A DNA stretch of 64,000 nucleotides from Planctomycetota bacterium (GTDB lineage Bacteria > Planctomycetota > PLA2 > JAEUHO01): the NCBI GenBank assembly GCA_965222115.1, contig CBDCTJ010000007.1, forward strand, positions 1,824,001 through 1,888,000, given 5' to 3'. Under the pieces are notes generated by a model, which did no database searches, had not been told where the DNA came from, and was given only the letters and a program-made list of their open reading frames with translations. Both the position numbers and the translations under genes were made by a program. Positions 39,779-50,028 of the stretch are shown in pieces. Positions within the stretch are counted from its first letter, which is position 1, and each line of letters starts with the position of its first letter.

Positions 39779-40999
39779 ATGAGTGACTTCGATCCTGTCC
39801 GTTCTCTGGCCGATATGCGACACGAATTTGGGGAGCATGGCGGCGTCAATATGTCGATTGAAACCAGCACCACCTTCACGGTGATGGATTCCGACACGAT
39901 GCCGGAGATTTTCACCGGCTCGCGCGGACCCGACTTGGGCGGCTGCTATCTTTACGGACGCCACTTCAATCCGACCGTGTATGTCCTGGGGCGCCAAATC
40001 GCGGCACTTGAAGGGGCGGAAGCGGGTTATTGCACAGCCAGTGGCATGAGCGCCATCAGTGCGGCCGTACTGCACTATTGTTCGAGTGGCGATCACATTG
40101 TTTCGGGGACAACGATCTACGGCGGGACGTTTGCGCTCTTTCACGAGTACTTACCGGCAAAGACCGGCATTCGTGTTGACTTCGTCGACACATCCGATCT
40201 CGATGCGGTACGCGCGGCATGTACCGAGAAAACGCGCGTGCTGTACGTCGAATCGATGGCGAACCCCACGTTACGTGTGGCCGACATTCCTGCGCTCGCC
40301 GACATCGCTCACGAATGCGGTGCAGTGCTGATCGTGGACAACACGTTCTGTCCGCTCATCCTTTCGCCCATTCAGCTTGGCGCTGATGTTGTCGTACACA
40401 GCCTTACGAAGTTCATGAGTGGTGCATCGGATTACATTGCGGGCGCGATTTGCGGGACGTCGGAATTCGTCACAGGTCTCATGGACCTCCATATGGGCTC
40501 GCTCATGATGTTGGGGCCAACGATGGATCCACGTTCGGCCTACGAGATCAGTGTACGCTTGCCGCATCTTGCGCTTCGGATGAAAGAACACGCACGCCGC
40601 GCGTCGGTGTTTGCGAAACGGCTGGCCGATCGCGGATTGGACGTGACCTACCCGGGCCTGAGCACGCATGAAGACTATGCACTTTTGAGTCGCCAAATGA
40701 ACGACGGCTACGGGTATGGCGGGCTCATCTGTGTGGATCTACAAACAACGGATCGCGCGGGGCTCTTTATGGAGACGCTGCAGAATCGAGATCGATTCGG
40801 TCTGATGGCCGTAAGTCTCGGCTACTTCGAAACATTGATGTCGTGCTCCGCTTCATCGACGTCAAGCGAGATGAGTGAGGACGATCTCAAGCGCGCGGGC
40901 ATTCGCCCCGGCCTCGTGCGTCTTTCGATTGGCTACACCGGCACCCTCGAGCAGCGATGGGACCAGTTGGAACGGGCGCTATCGGATATGGGGCTCTAG
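39779..40999 (+). CDS. Methionine gamma-lyase / Cys-Met metabolism PLP enzyme
   Basis: FGEHGGVNMSIE, YGRHFNPT, ASGMSAI, VDNTF, HSLTKF, AVSLGYFETL. Confidence 0.88.
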   Translation: MSDFDPVRSLADMRHEFGEHGGVNMSIETSTTFTVMDSDTMPEIFTGSRGPDLGGCYLYGRHFNPTVYVLGRQIAALEGAEAGYCTASGMSAISAAVLHYCSSGDHIVSGTTIYGGTFALFHEYLPAKTGIRVDFVDTSDLDAVRAACTEKTRVLYVESMANPTLRVADIPALADIAHECGAVLIVDNTFCPLILSPIQLGADVVVHSLTKFMSGASDYIAGAICGTSEFVTGLMDLHMGSLMMLGPTMDPRSAYEISVRLPHLALRMKEHARRASVFAKRLADRGLDVTYPGLSTHEDYALLSRQMNDGYGYGGLICVDLQTTDRAGLFMETLQNRDRFGLMAVSLGYFETLMSCSASSTSSEMSEDDLKRAGIRPGLVRLSIGYTGTLEQRWDQLERALSDMGL

Positions 41000-41166
41000 T
41001 TCCTCCAAACCGCTCTCAGAGTCTGGGCTTACGTCCCAAAGCGTGAGATCTCGCGGCTTACGGTTACGAGGACTATTTTGGGGGGGCGCCTGGCGGTTGA
41101 GGGCGTCTTGGGATAGACTCCCTGTGTCGACAAGTCTGAAGTGCCCTCGATGAATGGGAGTCCCGT

Positions 41167-43062
41167 ATGCGCAACCTTGCACTGGCCACACTTACGATTT
41201 GCTCACTCACGATCGCTGGCTGTGGCGGTGGCGGAGGAGGCGGAGGCGGCGACACCACAGCACCGGGCACCATTGCCAACTTCCTGGCAACCGACTTGGC
41301 GGAAGCGATTGGATTGACCTGGACCAACCCGGGGGATGCCGACCTTGCAGGCATTCTCGTCGTTGTTGGCGAAGACGCGCCGGTCACATTCACACCCACC
41401 AACGGTATGGCCTACGCCGCGATGGATGTTGTCGGGCCGAATCAAACGGTGCTGTCCTCGGGTCCCGGCGCGGGCGGCATGTTGCCCGATATTATTCCCG
41501 GACTTGAGTACACAGTTTGCGCGTTCGCGTATGACGCAGCGCTCAACTACAGCGCGCCTACATGCGTGGTTCACACCAACAACAATCTTGGTGCGCAAGC
41601 GGGAACGATTTCTGTCGATCTTGGGTCAGGCGCAGTAACCGTCAACAGCCAGCCCGACAATCTCATGTTGTCCTCTCCGATTGCCGCTGTCTACAACGCC
41701 GGTGCGCAAACGCTCACGATCGATCTCGATGTGTTGAACAACGCGAATCGCCTCCTATTCAATCTTAAGGCCCTTGGCGTCGCGGTAAACGAAGGGACCG
41801 TCGCTGGACCCACGATGCCCTTTGGCGGCCAGCCCTACACCTACTATGGTCCGGAATCGCTTGATGTGGGTGCCAACCGTACTGAGCAGATTGTGATTAA
41901 TGGCGTTACGGGAGCTGTGGATCCCATCAACCTTGGTCTCAACTTCGTTGACGCCCCGATGTTGTATGGCGGCAGCTCAGGTGGCGATCTCACCTGCACC
42001 GACTCGTCGCTGAGTGGGGAGACTACTAAGTTTGATCTGACCGGGCCGTTTGATTCGTTAAACGCGTGGCGTCAAGGCGCAATGAGTCCCGATGGGAAGT
42101 TTATCTTTAGCGGCGGTAAGGACGCAACCGCCTTGGGGGCTGTCGATACACGTACGTATACAACAGCGGCAACCGTGGACTTGTCGGCAGGCGGAGGCCT
42201 CGGCAGCGTAGGCGGCGTGGCGGTGTCGCCCGATGGCACTCACGTGTACGCCCTCTACAACGACGGCGCTCATTATCATGGAGGTGATGACAATTCCAAT
42301 GGTGCGGTGTCGGCGGAATCCGACGTGCATCTCATCGAATTTGACGCGGTCACGCTCGTCGAAACAAGGCGGCTGACATTGATTGCAATGGACGGCACGT
42401 TCCGTTCGGGTTGCAGCATGGCGTTGTCCCCCGATGGGTCAGAGATCGCAGCGATCACGGCCGCCGGTGACACGTCGCACAATAGTTGTTGGTTCGTTGA
42501 TGTGGCGTCATTCACGGTCATCGACGCCGACGCGGTGACAGCGGGCGATCAGCCTGTCGAACTCCCCACTGGCGACGGATTCTCAGACCAAATCGTGTGG
42601 TCAGATGATGGGACGACGGTCTATTTGGGGCAGATGTCGGATAACAAAGGAAGTGACACATCGATGCCTGTCGATGTCATCGATCGTGCGACGTTTGCGG
42701 CAACCACACTCGTACCTACGGGGCACGGCGAGAATGCCGGAGTCATGGCCTTTCATGACGGCAAGCTCTATTATCCATCTCGTGAGAATTCAACATCACC
42801 TTGCACGGTATTCGACATTGCCGGAGCAACTCAGGTGCAGCCTGCAATGGAAACTGGCGGCACTGCCGAAGAAGAAGGAAATGGAGTTCTGATTGATCCC
42901 AATGGAACGCGCTACTACGTCATGTTCCAGGAAGAGATCTATGTCATGGACATGGCGACGGACACGCAAATCGATGCCGACAACAATGGTGGAAACGGTA
43001 TGTCAGCGATTGTCGCTGACGACGACTATCGCGCGCACATGATTCTCATTTCGCCCTTCTAG
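41167..43062 (+). CDS. Acidic lipoprotein, FN3-like N-terminus plus YVTN-type beta-propeller (copy 1)
   Basis: Lipobox LTIAG-C, DTTAPG..LTWTNP FN3-like segment, SPDG blade repeats. Confidence 0.75.
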   Translation: MRNLALATLTICSLTIAGCGGGGGGGGGDTTAPGTIANFLATDLAEAIGLTWTNPGDADLAGILVVVGEDAPVTFTPTNGMAYAAMDVVGPNQTVLSSGPGAGGMLPDIIPGLEYTVCAFAYDAALNYSAPTCVVHTNNNLGAQAGTISVDLGSGAVTVNSQPDNLMLSSPIAAVYNAGAQTLTIDLDVLNNANRLLFNLKALGVAVNEGTVAGPTMPFGGQPYTYYGPESLDVGANRTEQIVINGVTGAVDPINLGLNFVDAPMLYGGSSGGDLTCTDSSLSGETTKFDLTGPFDSLNAWRQGAMSPDGKFIFSGGKDATALGAVDTRTYTTAATVDLSAGGGLGSVGGVAVSPDGTHVYALYNDGAHYHGGDDNSNGAVSAESDVHLIEFDAVTLVETRRLTLIAMDGTFRSGCSMALSPDGSEIAAITAAGDTSHNSCWFVDVASFTVIDADAVTAGDQPVELPTGDGFSDQIVWSDDGTTVYLGQMSDNKGSDTSMPVDVIDRATFAATTLVPTGHGENAGVMAFHDGKLYYPSRENSTSPCTVFDIAGATQVQPAMETGGTAEEEGNGVLIDPNGTRYYVMFQEEIYVMDMATDTQIDADNNGGNGMSAIVADDDYRAHMILISPF

Positions 43063-43224
43063 ACTCTCGTATTCAAGGCAGTACGACTCGACGGGGACGT
43101 CTCCGAGTTCTCCGTGAGTGTCACCGAGGAACCCTTTTGGGGGTAGAGGCTGGCGCGTGAAGGCGTCATGAGGTAGGCTCTCATGCCCGTGGCGCACTAT
43201 CGCCACGAGATCATGGAGTCTCCA

Positions 43225-45117
43225 ATGCGCCTACTCGCACTTTCCGCGCTAGCAATTTGTTCGCTCTTCGTCGCCGGTTGCGGCGGGGGGGGTGGTGGCG
43301 GAGGAGCCGGCGACACCACAGCACCGGGCACCATTGCCAACTTCCTGGCAGCCGACTTGGCGGAAGCGATTGGATTGACCTGGACCAACCCAGGGGATGC
43401 CGACCTTGCAGGCATTCTCGTCGTTGTTGGCGAAGACGCGCCGGTCACGTTCACTCCCACCAATGGTATGGCCTACGCCGCGATGGATGTTGTCGGGCCG
43501 AATCAAACGGTGCTGTCCTCGGGTCCCGGCGCGGGCGGCATGTTGCCCGATATTGTTCCCGGACTTGAGTACACGGTTTGCGCGTTTGCGTACGACGCGG
43601 CGCTCAACTACAGCGCACCCACATGTGTGGTTCACACCAACGACAATCTTGGTGCGCAAGCGGGAACGATTTCAGTCGATCTTGGGTCAGGCGCAGTAAC
43701 CGTCAACAGCCAGCCCGACAATCTCATGTTGTCCTCGCCGATTGCTGCTGTCTACAACGCCGGTGCGCAAACGCTCACGATCGATCTCGATGTGTTGAAC
43801 AACGCGAATCGCCTCTTGTTCAATCTGAAGGCCCTTGGCGTTGCGGTAAACGAAGGGACCGTCGCTGGACCCACGATGCCCTTTGGTGGTGAGCCCTACA
43901 CCTACTATGGCCCGGAATCGCTTGATGTGGGTGCCAACCGCACGGAACAGATCGTAATCAATGGCGTAACGGGCGCTACAGACCCAATCAACTTGGACCT
44001 AAACTTTGTAGACGCGCCAATGGTGTTCGGAGGCAACTACGGAGGAGACTTTACGGGATTCGACACGTCGTTGAGTGGTGAGACGTTCGATATCCAGTTT
44101 GCTGAAGCGAATGATGCGGCGGAGCAGGTTCGGCAGGCCGTGATTCACCCCGACGGCACATTCATCTACTTGGCCGAAAAGCGGTCGCCGTTTCTAGCGG
44201 CGATCGATACCCGCACGCACACGGTTACGTCCGGCCCCGATCTGTCGGGCGGTGGAGGTCTCGGAAACATTGGGGGCGTAGCCATATCGCCGGATGGTCG
44301 TTTTGTGTACGGTGTGTATAGCGACGGAGCCCATTATCACGGTGGCGATGGCGCAAGCGGCGACGTGGTGTCGGCACCTGCCGATGTTTCGTTGATTGAA
44401 TTCGACTCCACGACGTTGGCAGAGACTCGGCGCGTCGATCTTCTCATTGCGGACGCACGTACCGGGTGCGAGATTGCGTTGTCGCCGGATGGAGCCGAAC
44501 TCGCCGTACTGACATCTGCGGGGGACTCGTCCTCGAATAGTTGCTGGTTTATCGATGTCGCGTCGATGAGTATCATCGATGCCGATCCCGTTACGGCGGG
44601 TGACCAGCCGGTCGATCTTGCAAATGGTGATGGCTTTGCGCAGTACGTGGTCTGGGCCACGGATGGAGCGTCTGTCTTTGTCAGTTCAAACACGTACAAC
44701 AAGGGGACGGGTACGCCTCTTGACGTCGAGGTCATCAATCGCGCAACATTCGCGACGACTACGCTTACGCCCACTGGGCACGGCGAATCATCGTCTATCA
44801 TGGCTACACACGACGGGAAGCTCTACTACACGACCCGCAATAGCTCCACGTCGCCGCTAACCGTGTTCGACATTGCAGGCGCCACGCAGTCACAGCCCCC
44901 TATGGAGAACAACGGGGTTGCGGAAGACGAGGCATCAGCTGTTGTGTTCGATCCTGTTCAAGCGAGGTACTACGTCATGGATGACGACAGTGTCCACGTT
45001 ATGGACGTGGCAACCGACGCCCAAATCGACGCCGACAACAATGGGGGCAACGGCATGTCGATCCTCGACTTGCCCGAAGATATTCGTGCCCATTTCGTTA
45101 CGGTTTCGCCGTTCTAG
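43225..45117 (+). CDS. Acidic lipoprotein, FN3-like N-terminus plus YVTN-type beta-propeller (copy 2)
   Basis: Tandem paralog; lipobox LFVAG-C; N-terminal ~230 aa nearly identical to copy 1. Confidence 0.75.
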   Translation: MRLLALSALAICSLFVAGCGGGGGGGGAGDTTAPGTIANFLAADLAEAIGLTWTNPGDADLAGILVVVGEDAPVTFTPTNGMAYAAMDVVGPNQTVLSSGPGAGGMLPDIVPGLEYTVCAFAYDAALNYSAPTCVVHTNDNLGAQAGTISVDLGSGAVTVNSQPDNLMLSSPIAAVYNAGAQTLTIDLDVLNNANRLLFNLKALGVAVNEGTVAGPTMPFGGEPYTYYGPESLDVGANRTEQIVINGVTGATDPINLDLNFVDAPMVFGGNYGGDFTGFDTSLSGETFDIQFAEANDAAEQVRQAVIHPDGTFIYLAEKRSPFLAAIDTRTHTVTSGPDLSGGGGLGNIGGVAISPDGRFVYGVYSDGAHYHGGDGASGDVVSAPADVSLIEFDSTTLAETRRVDLLIADARTGCEIALSPDGAELAVLTSAGDSSSNSCWFIDVASMSIIDADPVTAGDQPVDLANGDGFAQYVVWATDGASVFVSSNTYNKGTGTPLDVEVINRATFATTTLTPTGHGESSSIMATHDGKLYYTTRNSSTSPLTVFDIAGATQSQPPMENNGVAEDEASAVVFDPVQARYYVMDDDSVHVMDVATDAQIDADNNGGNGMSILDLPEDIRAHFVTVSPF

Positions 45118-45169
45118 CTACGAGGTCTTGAATCGAAGTGGTCTAGCACCGAAGCACCCGAGTAGCTTT

Positions 45170-46039
45170 GTGCGAACTCTGTGCCTTTGCCTTGCCGCGG
45201 CGTTCCTATGGTTTGCAGCCGGCTGTGGAAGTGACCAGCGGGCGGTAACCGCACCCGCCACCGTAACTGTCCGTCTCGACGGGCAGGAGATTGGGAAAAT
45301 CACCGGCGGCGAGGCATCGAATCGACCCGACATTCGCTCGCTGATCGGCGATCGCGCACCCGCCTTCGAGTCGTGGTTACGGGTCGAGTTTGGATCCGCA
45401 ACCCGTAGCATTGGCGTTGACAAGCCCGCTGAGAAGCTAAGGGGTCAGGACCTGACGCTGTATCGATCCGACGAGGGCGTTCCTACGTTTGCGGCATTTC
45501 GTCGCCCCCGCGAAGGCATGGCGCCTCATGTGCTGCGCCACATTAAGCAGCCCACCATGATCGTTGTCGATATCGACGAAATTCGAATCCGGACGAAGGC
45601 CGTGCCCAAACAGGACGCGAGCGAGCGTCTTCCCGCCTTCTTGGTTTCAGTGGATGGAGGCGATCTGGTGACGATTCCCGGAACATCGATCGGAGCGCTG
45701 AAGGCCGTTCGCTTCCTCCGGTCGGGCAAGCGTGGGGCAACAATGGATCGTTCAACGAAAAAGGGCGGCCGTCGTTTCATGAGTGGCTATGCGCTTGCCG
45801 ACATCATCGCGCTTGCGACCTCCGAACAGATCGAGTCTGCCCGTGCCCGCGGTCCCAACAAGGCCGTGCGTGAGATTCCCAAGACCGCTCTCGCAGCGGG
45901 CGCCGACAAGCGATTCGTGGTTCGTGCCAACAAGCGTGATCAGTGGGTGCTCCAGGAAATCGAAGGGGATCCAGGTCGTCCTCTCAAGGGGCGACTGCGC
46001 GGCATTCTTCGAGTCGAGGTAACGACGTCAGGGAAGTAG
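45170..46039 (+). CDS. Hypothetical lipoprotein (two repeated domains)
   Basis: Lipobox WFAAG-C; start placed at GTG 45170 after the preceding stop. Confidence 0.6.
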   Translation: MRTLCLCLAAAFLWFAAGCGSDQRAVTAPATVTVRLDGQEIGKITGGEASNRPDIRSLIGDRAPAFESWLRVEFGSATRSIGVDKPAEKLRGQDLTLYRSDEGVPTFAAFRRPREGMAPHVLRHIKQPTMIVVDIDEIRIRTKAVPKQDASERLPAFLVSVDGGDLVTIPGTSIGALKAVRFLRSGKRGATMDRSTKKGGRRFMSGYALADIIALATSEQIESARARGPNKAVREIPKTALAAGADKRFVVRANKRDQWVLQEIEGDPGRPLKGRLRGILRVEVTTSGK

Positions 46040-46042
46040 CAG

Positions 46043-47038
46043 CTACCGCTTCTTCTTCGGTGCCAGCCGGGTCGGTCGCTCGAGGCCAAAGCGCTTGGCG
46101 ATTCGCTTCCGTGCTTTGTCCACTCGTTTGAGAACGCCGCGCTCCGAAAACTGCGACGACCACGCCCCCAACGTTTCGATGTAGCTCACATCGCCGTGCC
46201 GCCCAATTGCATCAAGGCATGCCTCACGAACTTCCGCGTGGTCTTCGCGGGTCAAGTGCTCGTAGACGACCGCTGCACAATCATCCCATCGCGTAAGGAG
46301 GCCAATGGCCGTTTCACGTACCGACGCAAGTGGGTCGCGGAGTGCCTCTTCAACCAAAATTCGCGCGCGATCGTCCGTTGAAGCACCGACGGCATCCTTT
46401 AGCGCCTTTGAGCGCGCACGCTCATCCGGGGTCGTTCGTTTGGCCTTGCGGCGTCGAGGGCTGGCTGTTGAATTACCGATTACAATGCGAGTTAAGTCGG
46501 CAACGAGAATCTGGCTTGTGGGCGCACTTGCTGATCGAACGACCCACGTCCCATCTCGTTCATAGAACAACGTCGCGCCGTCAAGTCCATCCAATCGCGA
46601 CAACGACCGCGCGACGCCGTTCTCGCCTTGCATCACGACCGTCTGAATATCACTCGGTGGGTGAAGGGTACCAATTGCACGCAGGAGTGGCCACGCGTGT
46701 ACATCGCTCGCCACGTTGCGCAGCGCGCTGACTTGAAGCGTACCAATGCGTCCACGACCCGCGCGTTCGATGGCGATACCTCGTTCCGTGGGTGTTGGAT
46801 GCGCACGTGGCGGTGCGTTCGTCACGGGAGGGGACACGTCGGTTTCGTGGGCCGCGAGGCGCGATCCAATTGTGTTTGTCGCACTTCGCGGCACGTTCGA
46901 TTCGAATCCCTCCGATTCCCCTTCGTTCAAGAGGTTCCATGCGCCAACCAACAGCGCCGCTAGCGCGGCAAGGGGAAGTAGCAAGCGTATGGCCAAGGTG
47001 TTGGGTCCTCGAGGGATGTACCTCTCGAATCCTACCAC
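46043..47038 (-). CDS. Membrane-anchored HEAT-repeat protein
   Basis: N-terminal TM; ALRDPLASVRETAIGLL and EDHAEVREACLDAIG HEAT/PBS repeats. Confidence 0.65.
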   Translation of the reverse strand: MVGFERYIPRGPNTLAIRLLLPLAALAALLVGAWNLLNEGESEGFESNVPRSATNTIGSRLAAHETDVSPPVTNAPPRAHPTPTERGIAIERAGRGRIGTLQVSALRNVASDVHAWPLLRAIGTLHPPSDIQTVVMQGENGVARSLSRLDGLDGATLFYERDGTWVVRSASAPTSQILVADLTRIVIGNSTASPRRRKAKRTTPDERARSKALKDAVGASTDDRARILVEEALRDPLASVRETAIGLLTRWDDCAAVVYEHLTREDHAEVREACLDAIGRHGDVSYIETLGAWSSQFSERGVLKRVDKARKRIAKRFGLERPTRLAPKKKR

Positions 47039-47180
47039 CTCAGATCGAGTGGATGCGTGGAAGACAAGCCTCGGGGAGGACGGCGTCCTCGTCTACGTGT
47101 CGAGTACCTTGTCGGCCCATGCCGCTCCCGATGTTGCTATCCGCCTTCGACCGCTCACTACGTGGGACTGAGGCATCCCG

Positions 47181-48398
47181 TTGAGCTCGCGCAACGTAGA
47201 TGCGCGCCTGCGTGTGCTTTATGTGCTCATCGTTGCCGTGGGCGTGTTCTTCATACCCTCGCCCCTATGGGTGGGCATCGTGCTGGCAGCGCACATCGCA
47301 TTGTGGTTTGTGGTTGGGTACCGTGCGAAGCGACTTGTACGCCAACTTCGTAAACTCTGGATCTTCTCCGCGATCATATTGTTGAGCTATGCATTTACAT
47401 CGATCGACCCCGATCGCGACGTGTGGAAGACGATTAATCTTTTTGGGTGGCGTCCCGAAGTGAACTTGACCGGCCTATGGGACGGGCTGGCGATGGTCCT
47501 TCGGCTGATCACGGTCGTGCTTGCATCTCAGATTGCGCGCGCCGGTGATCCGCGCGCGATTGCGCAAGGCCTACATCGTTTGGGCCTGCCCAAGATGGCA
47601 TCCGTGGCCATTGACACGGTACTCGCACTGTTCGGTTCAACGGGCCGCAAGCCTGGGGGTGGCCGCGGCAAAGGTCGCGGACGTGGTGATGGGCGCGGTG
47701 GGGGCCGCGGCCGTGTCGATGAACCTGCCGGTGGGTTTTGGGCGTCGATGAAACGCATCATGCGAGGTGATGTGGGGCCGTTGCTCGGACGACTCGAAAC
47801 GCAGATTCAATTCGCGTCCTCTCATGCGTCCAAAGAACTGGGCGATGACAAGCCTGAGCTGGCGCGCGATGTGGGTATTATTGCAGGCTGTGCATTGACG
47901 ATGCTCGGCATCAAGGTCCTCAAGTTGCTCCCGAGTATTCCATTTGCACCCGGACACAAGGGTGTGCTCATGCTGCCGCTCTACATTGCGGCGTCTCGGC
48001 TCACGTCTACGCGCTTCGGCGGCACGGTCACGGGCCTCACCATGGGCACGGTGGCCTTTCTCATGGGGGACGGCCGCTACGGCATATTTGAGATCGTCAA
48101 GCACGTGGCACCCGGCGTGATGTGTGACGTGTTTCTGCCCCTGTTGCTGGGCGGTGGGCGTCGGCCAGGGCCACTGTTTTGGTCGCTATTCGGACTTGTG
48201 TTGGCCGTTGCTCGCTTTGCCATGATTTTCGTCATCACTTTGGCGGTACAGGCTCCCGCGATTGCATACGCGTTCCTTGTCCCCGGCCTTACGATCCACT
48301 CCCTATTCGGATTTCTGTCGGGCTATGTCTCGTTTCACCTCATTCGAGGGCTGGATCGTAGGCACGAATTGGCCAATCAAGAGGAGACGAGCGTATGA
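47181..48398 (+). CDS. ECF transporter T-component-like domain fused to S-component-like domain
   Basis: DARLR, MVLRL, AQGLHRLGLP (EcfT/CbiQ-like); G/R linker; 5-6 TM C-terminal domain with PGHKG. Confidence 0.6.
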   Translation: MSSRNVDARLRVLYVLIVAVGVFFIPSPLWVGIVLAAHIALWFVVGYRAKRLVRQLRKLWIFSAIILLSYAFTSIDPDRDVWKTINLFGWRPEVNLTGLWDGLAMVLRLITVVLASQIARAGDPRAIAQGLHRLGLPKMASVAIDTVLALFGSTGRKPGGGRGKGRGRGDGRGGGRGRVDEPAGGFWASMKRIMRGDVGPLLGRLETQIQFASSHASKELGDDKPELARDVGIIAGCALTMLGIKVLKLLPSIPFAPGHKGVLMLPLYIAASRLTSTRFGGTVTGLTMGTVAFLMGDGRYGIFEIVKHVAPGVMCDVFLPLLLGGGRRPGPLFWSLFGLVLAVARFAMIFVITLAVQAPAIAYAFLVPGLTIHSLFGFLSGYVSFHLIRGLDRRHELANQEETSV

Positions 48399-49222
48399 GC
48401 GGATTGCTTGCCGACGACGGACGAACCCACGTGCGTTCGACATTGATGAAGGAATCGCTTCAAGACCGCGATGTAACCGCCCAGGCCTTCTCCGAACGCG
48501 AACTTGAAATCATGCCCGACGTCACCATGGTGAGCATCGGCGGGCAGTCGATATTCGATCGCGGGGCGGATGCAATCATGCCGTTGGTCAACGAGCTCGC
48601 GGAAAACATCAAAAAGCACAAGTTGCTCATTGGCGTAGGCGGAGGGACCCGCGTTCGACACACGTGTTCCATCGCGCTCGATCTCGGCCTGCCTACCGGT
48701 GGGGTCGCCCAGTTGGTTGGTGCCATGGAGGAGTGCAACGCCGTGTTCCTCAATGCGCTCTTGGCCAAGCACGGTTCGATTCCCATGCAACGCGATCACT
48801 TCTGGGATCTCCCGCTTTATTACAAGTCGGGACTCACGCCCATCGCGATCAGCGTTCCGCCCTACCATTTCTGGGAACCGCCCACCGACGAAGGGCCGCT
48901 TCCCGCCCACGGTTCCGATTTCGGCTTGTTCATGCACAGCGAGGTGCTCGGCATGGAACGCACCATCTACGTCAAGGACGAAGACGGGCTGTACGACAAA
49001 GACCCAAAGCGTCATGGCGATGCAACCATGATTCCCAAGATCACCCTTTCCGAGCTCAACGCCAACATGCCCGAAGAGATGATTCTCGACAAGCAGGTAT
49101 TTGCTGCTTGGAAGGACACACGTCACGTGAAGCGCATTCAGATCGTCAATGGACTCGTCCCCGGTCAACTCACGCGCGCGCTTGCTGGCGAAGACGTGGG
49201 CACAGTGATCACGAAGGAGTAG
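48395..49222 (+). CDS. mosA: Molybdenum storage protein subunit (alpha-like; amino-acid-kinase fold)
   Basis: SLQDRD, DRGADAIMPLV, GLPTG, PPYHFW, IQIVNGLVPG.LT.AL.GE.VGT match the MoSto pattern as I recall it. Confidence 0.7.
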   Translation: MSGLLADDGRTHVRSTLMKESLQDRDVTAQAFSERELEIMPDVTMVSIGGQSIFDRGADAIMPLVNELAENIKKHKLLIGVGGGTRVRHTCSIALDLGLPTGGVAQLVGAMEECNAVFLNALLAKHGSIPMQRDHFWDLPLYYKSGLTPIAISVPPYHFWEPPTDEGPLPAHGSDFGLFMHSEVLGMERTIYVKDEDGLYDKDPKRHGDATMIPKITLSELNANMPEEMILDKQVFAAWKDTRHVKRIQIVNGLVPGQLTRALAGEDVGTVITKE

Positions 49223-49224
49223 TC

Positions 49225-50028
49225 ATGGCTGAACGACGCACCATCGACAGCCCTCTCGCGGGTTCCACCATGACTTCGGGTGGCGCCGAAGGGTTTAACT
49301 ACGATCCAATTTCCATGGATCCCGACGTCAAGGTGATGAAGATTGGCGGTCAGTCGATTCTTGATCGCGGACGTGAAGCGCTCTTTCCGGTGCTCAACGA
49401 GATCGTCGCGGGGCGAGACAAGTACAAGCAGTTGATCATGTGCGGTGGCGGCACGCGTGCGCGCCACATCTATTCCATCGCATCGGAGTTGGAGCTTCCG
49501 ACCGGCGTCCTTGCGGCGCTCGGCGGTTACGTGCCCATGCAAAACGCGCGCATGGTGCAGATGTTGTTGGCCAAACACGGCGGCATTTTCGTATTGCACG
49601 ATGACTTCGAAAAGTTGCCGCTCTACTTCCGTCTAGGCTGCCTGCCGGTCATGACGGGTATGCCGCCCTTTGAATACTGGGAAAAGCCCGTTGAAGGCAC
49701 ACGCATCCCCAGCAACCGCACCGATGCCGGTGTCTACCTATCGGCCGAAGTGATGGGGTGCCCGCGCGCGCTCTACATCAAAGACGAAGAGGGGTTGTAC
49801 GAGCATGACCCCAAGAAGCATCCCGACGCGAAGTTGATCAGGCGAATCAGCCTGAACGAACTCAATGAACGGGACCTACCCGACCTTGTGATTGAGCGAT
49901 CGGTGCTGGGTCACATGGCGAACGCCAAATTCTGCCGTGAGATTCAAATTATCAACGGACTGGTGCCAGGCAACATTACGAAGGCGCTCGCCGGTGAGGA
50001 TGTGGGGACCATCATTTATGCCGATTAG
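49225..50028 (+). CDS. mosB: Molybdenum storage protein subunit beta
   Basis: AAGGAG RBS; KIGGQSILDRGR, GTRARHIYSIA, GMPP, RTDAG, KDEEGLY, NGLVPGN. Confidence 0.8.
   Translation: MAERRTIDSPLAGSTMTSGGAEGFNYDPISMDPDVKVMKIGGQSILDRGREALFPVLNEIVAGRDKYKQLIMCGGGTRARHIYSIASELELPTGVLAALGGYVPMQNARMVQMLLAKHGGIFVLHDDFEKLPLYFRLGCLPVMTGMPPFEYWEKPVEGTRIPSNRTDAGVYLSAEVMGCPRALYIKDEEGLYEHDPKKHPDAKLIRRISLNELNERDLPDLVIERSVLGHMANAKFCREIQIINGLVPGNITKALAGEDVGTIIYAD

Noticed and set aside
44873-45169. N-terminal extension of the 388-aa ORF
   Set aside because: It overlaps the propeller gene; the lipobox indicates a start near 45170.
48664-49224. Long N-terminal extension of the 454-aa ORF
   Set aside because: It overlaps mosA in another frame; the real mosB start is ATG 49225 with an AAGGAG RBS.
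48395-50028. Annotation as uridylate kinase (pyrH) duplicates
   Set aside because: The motifs and the adjacent modABC fit the molybdenum storage protein, which shares the fold.
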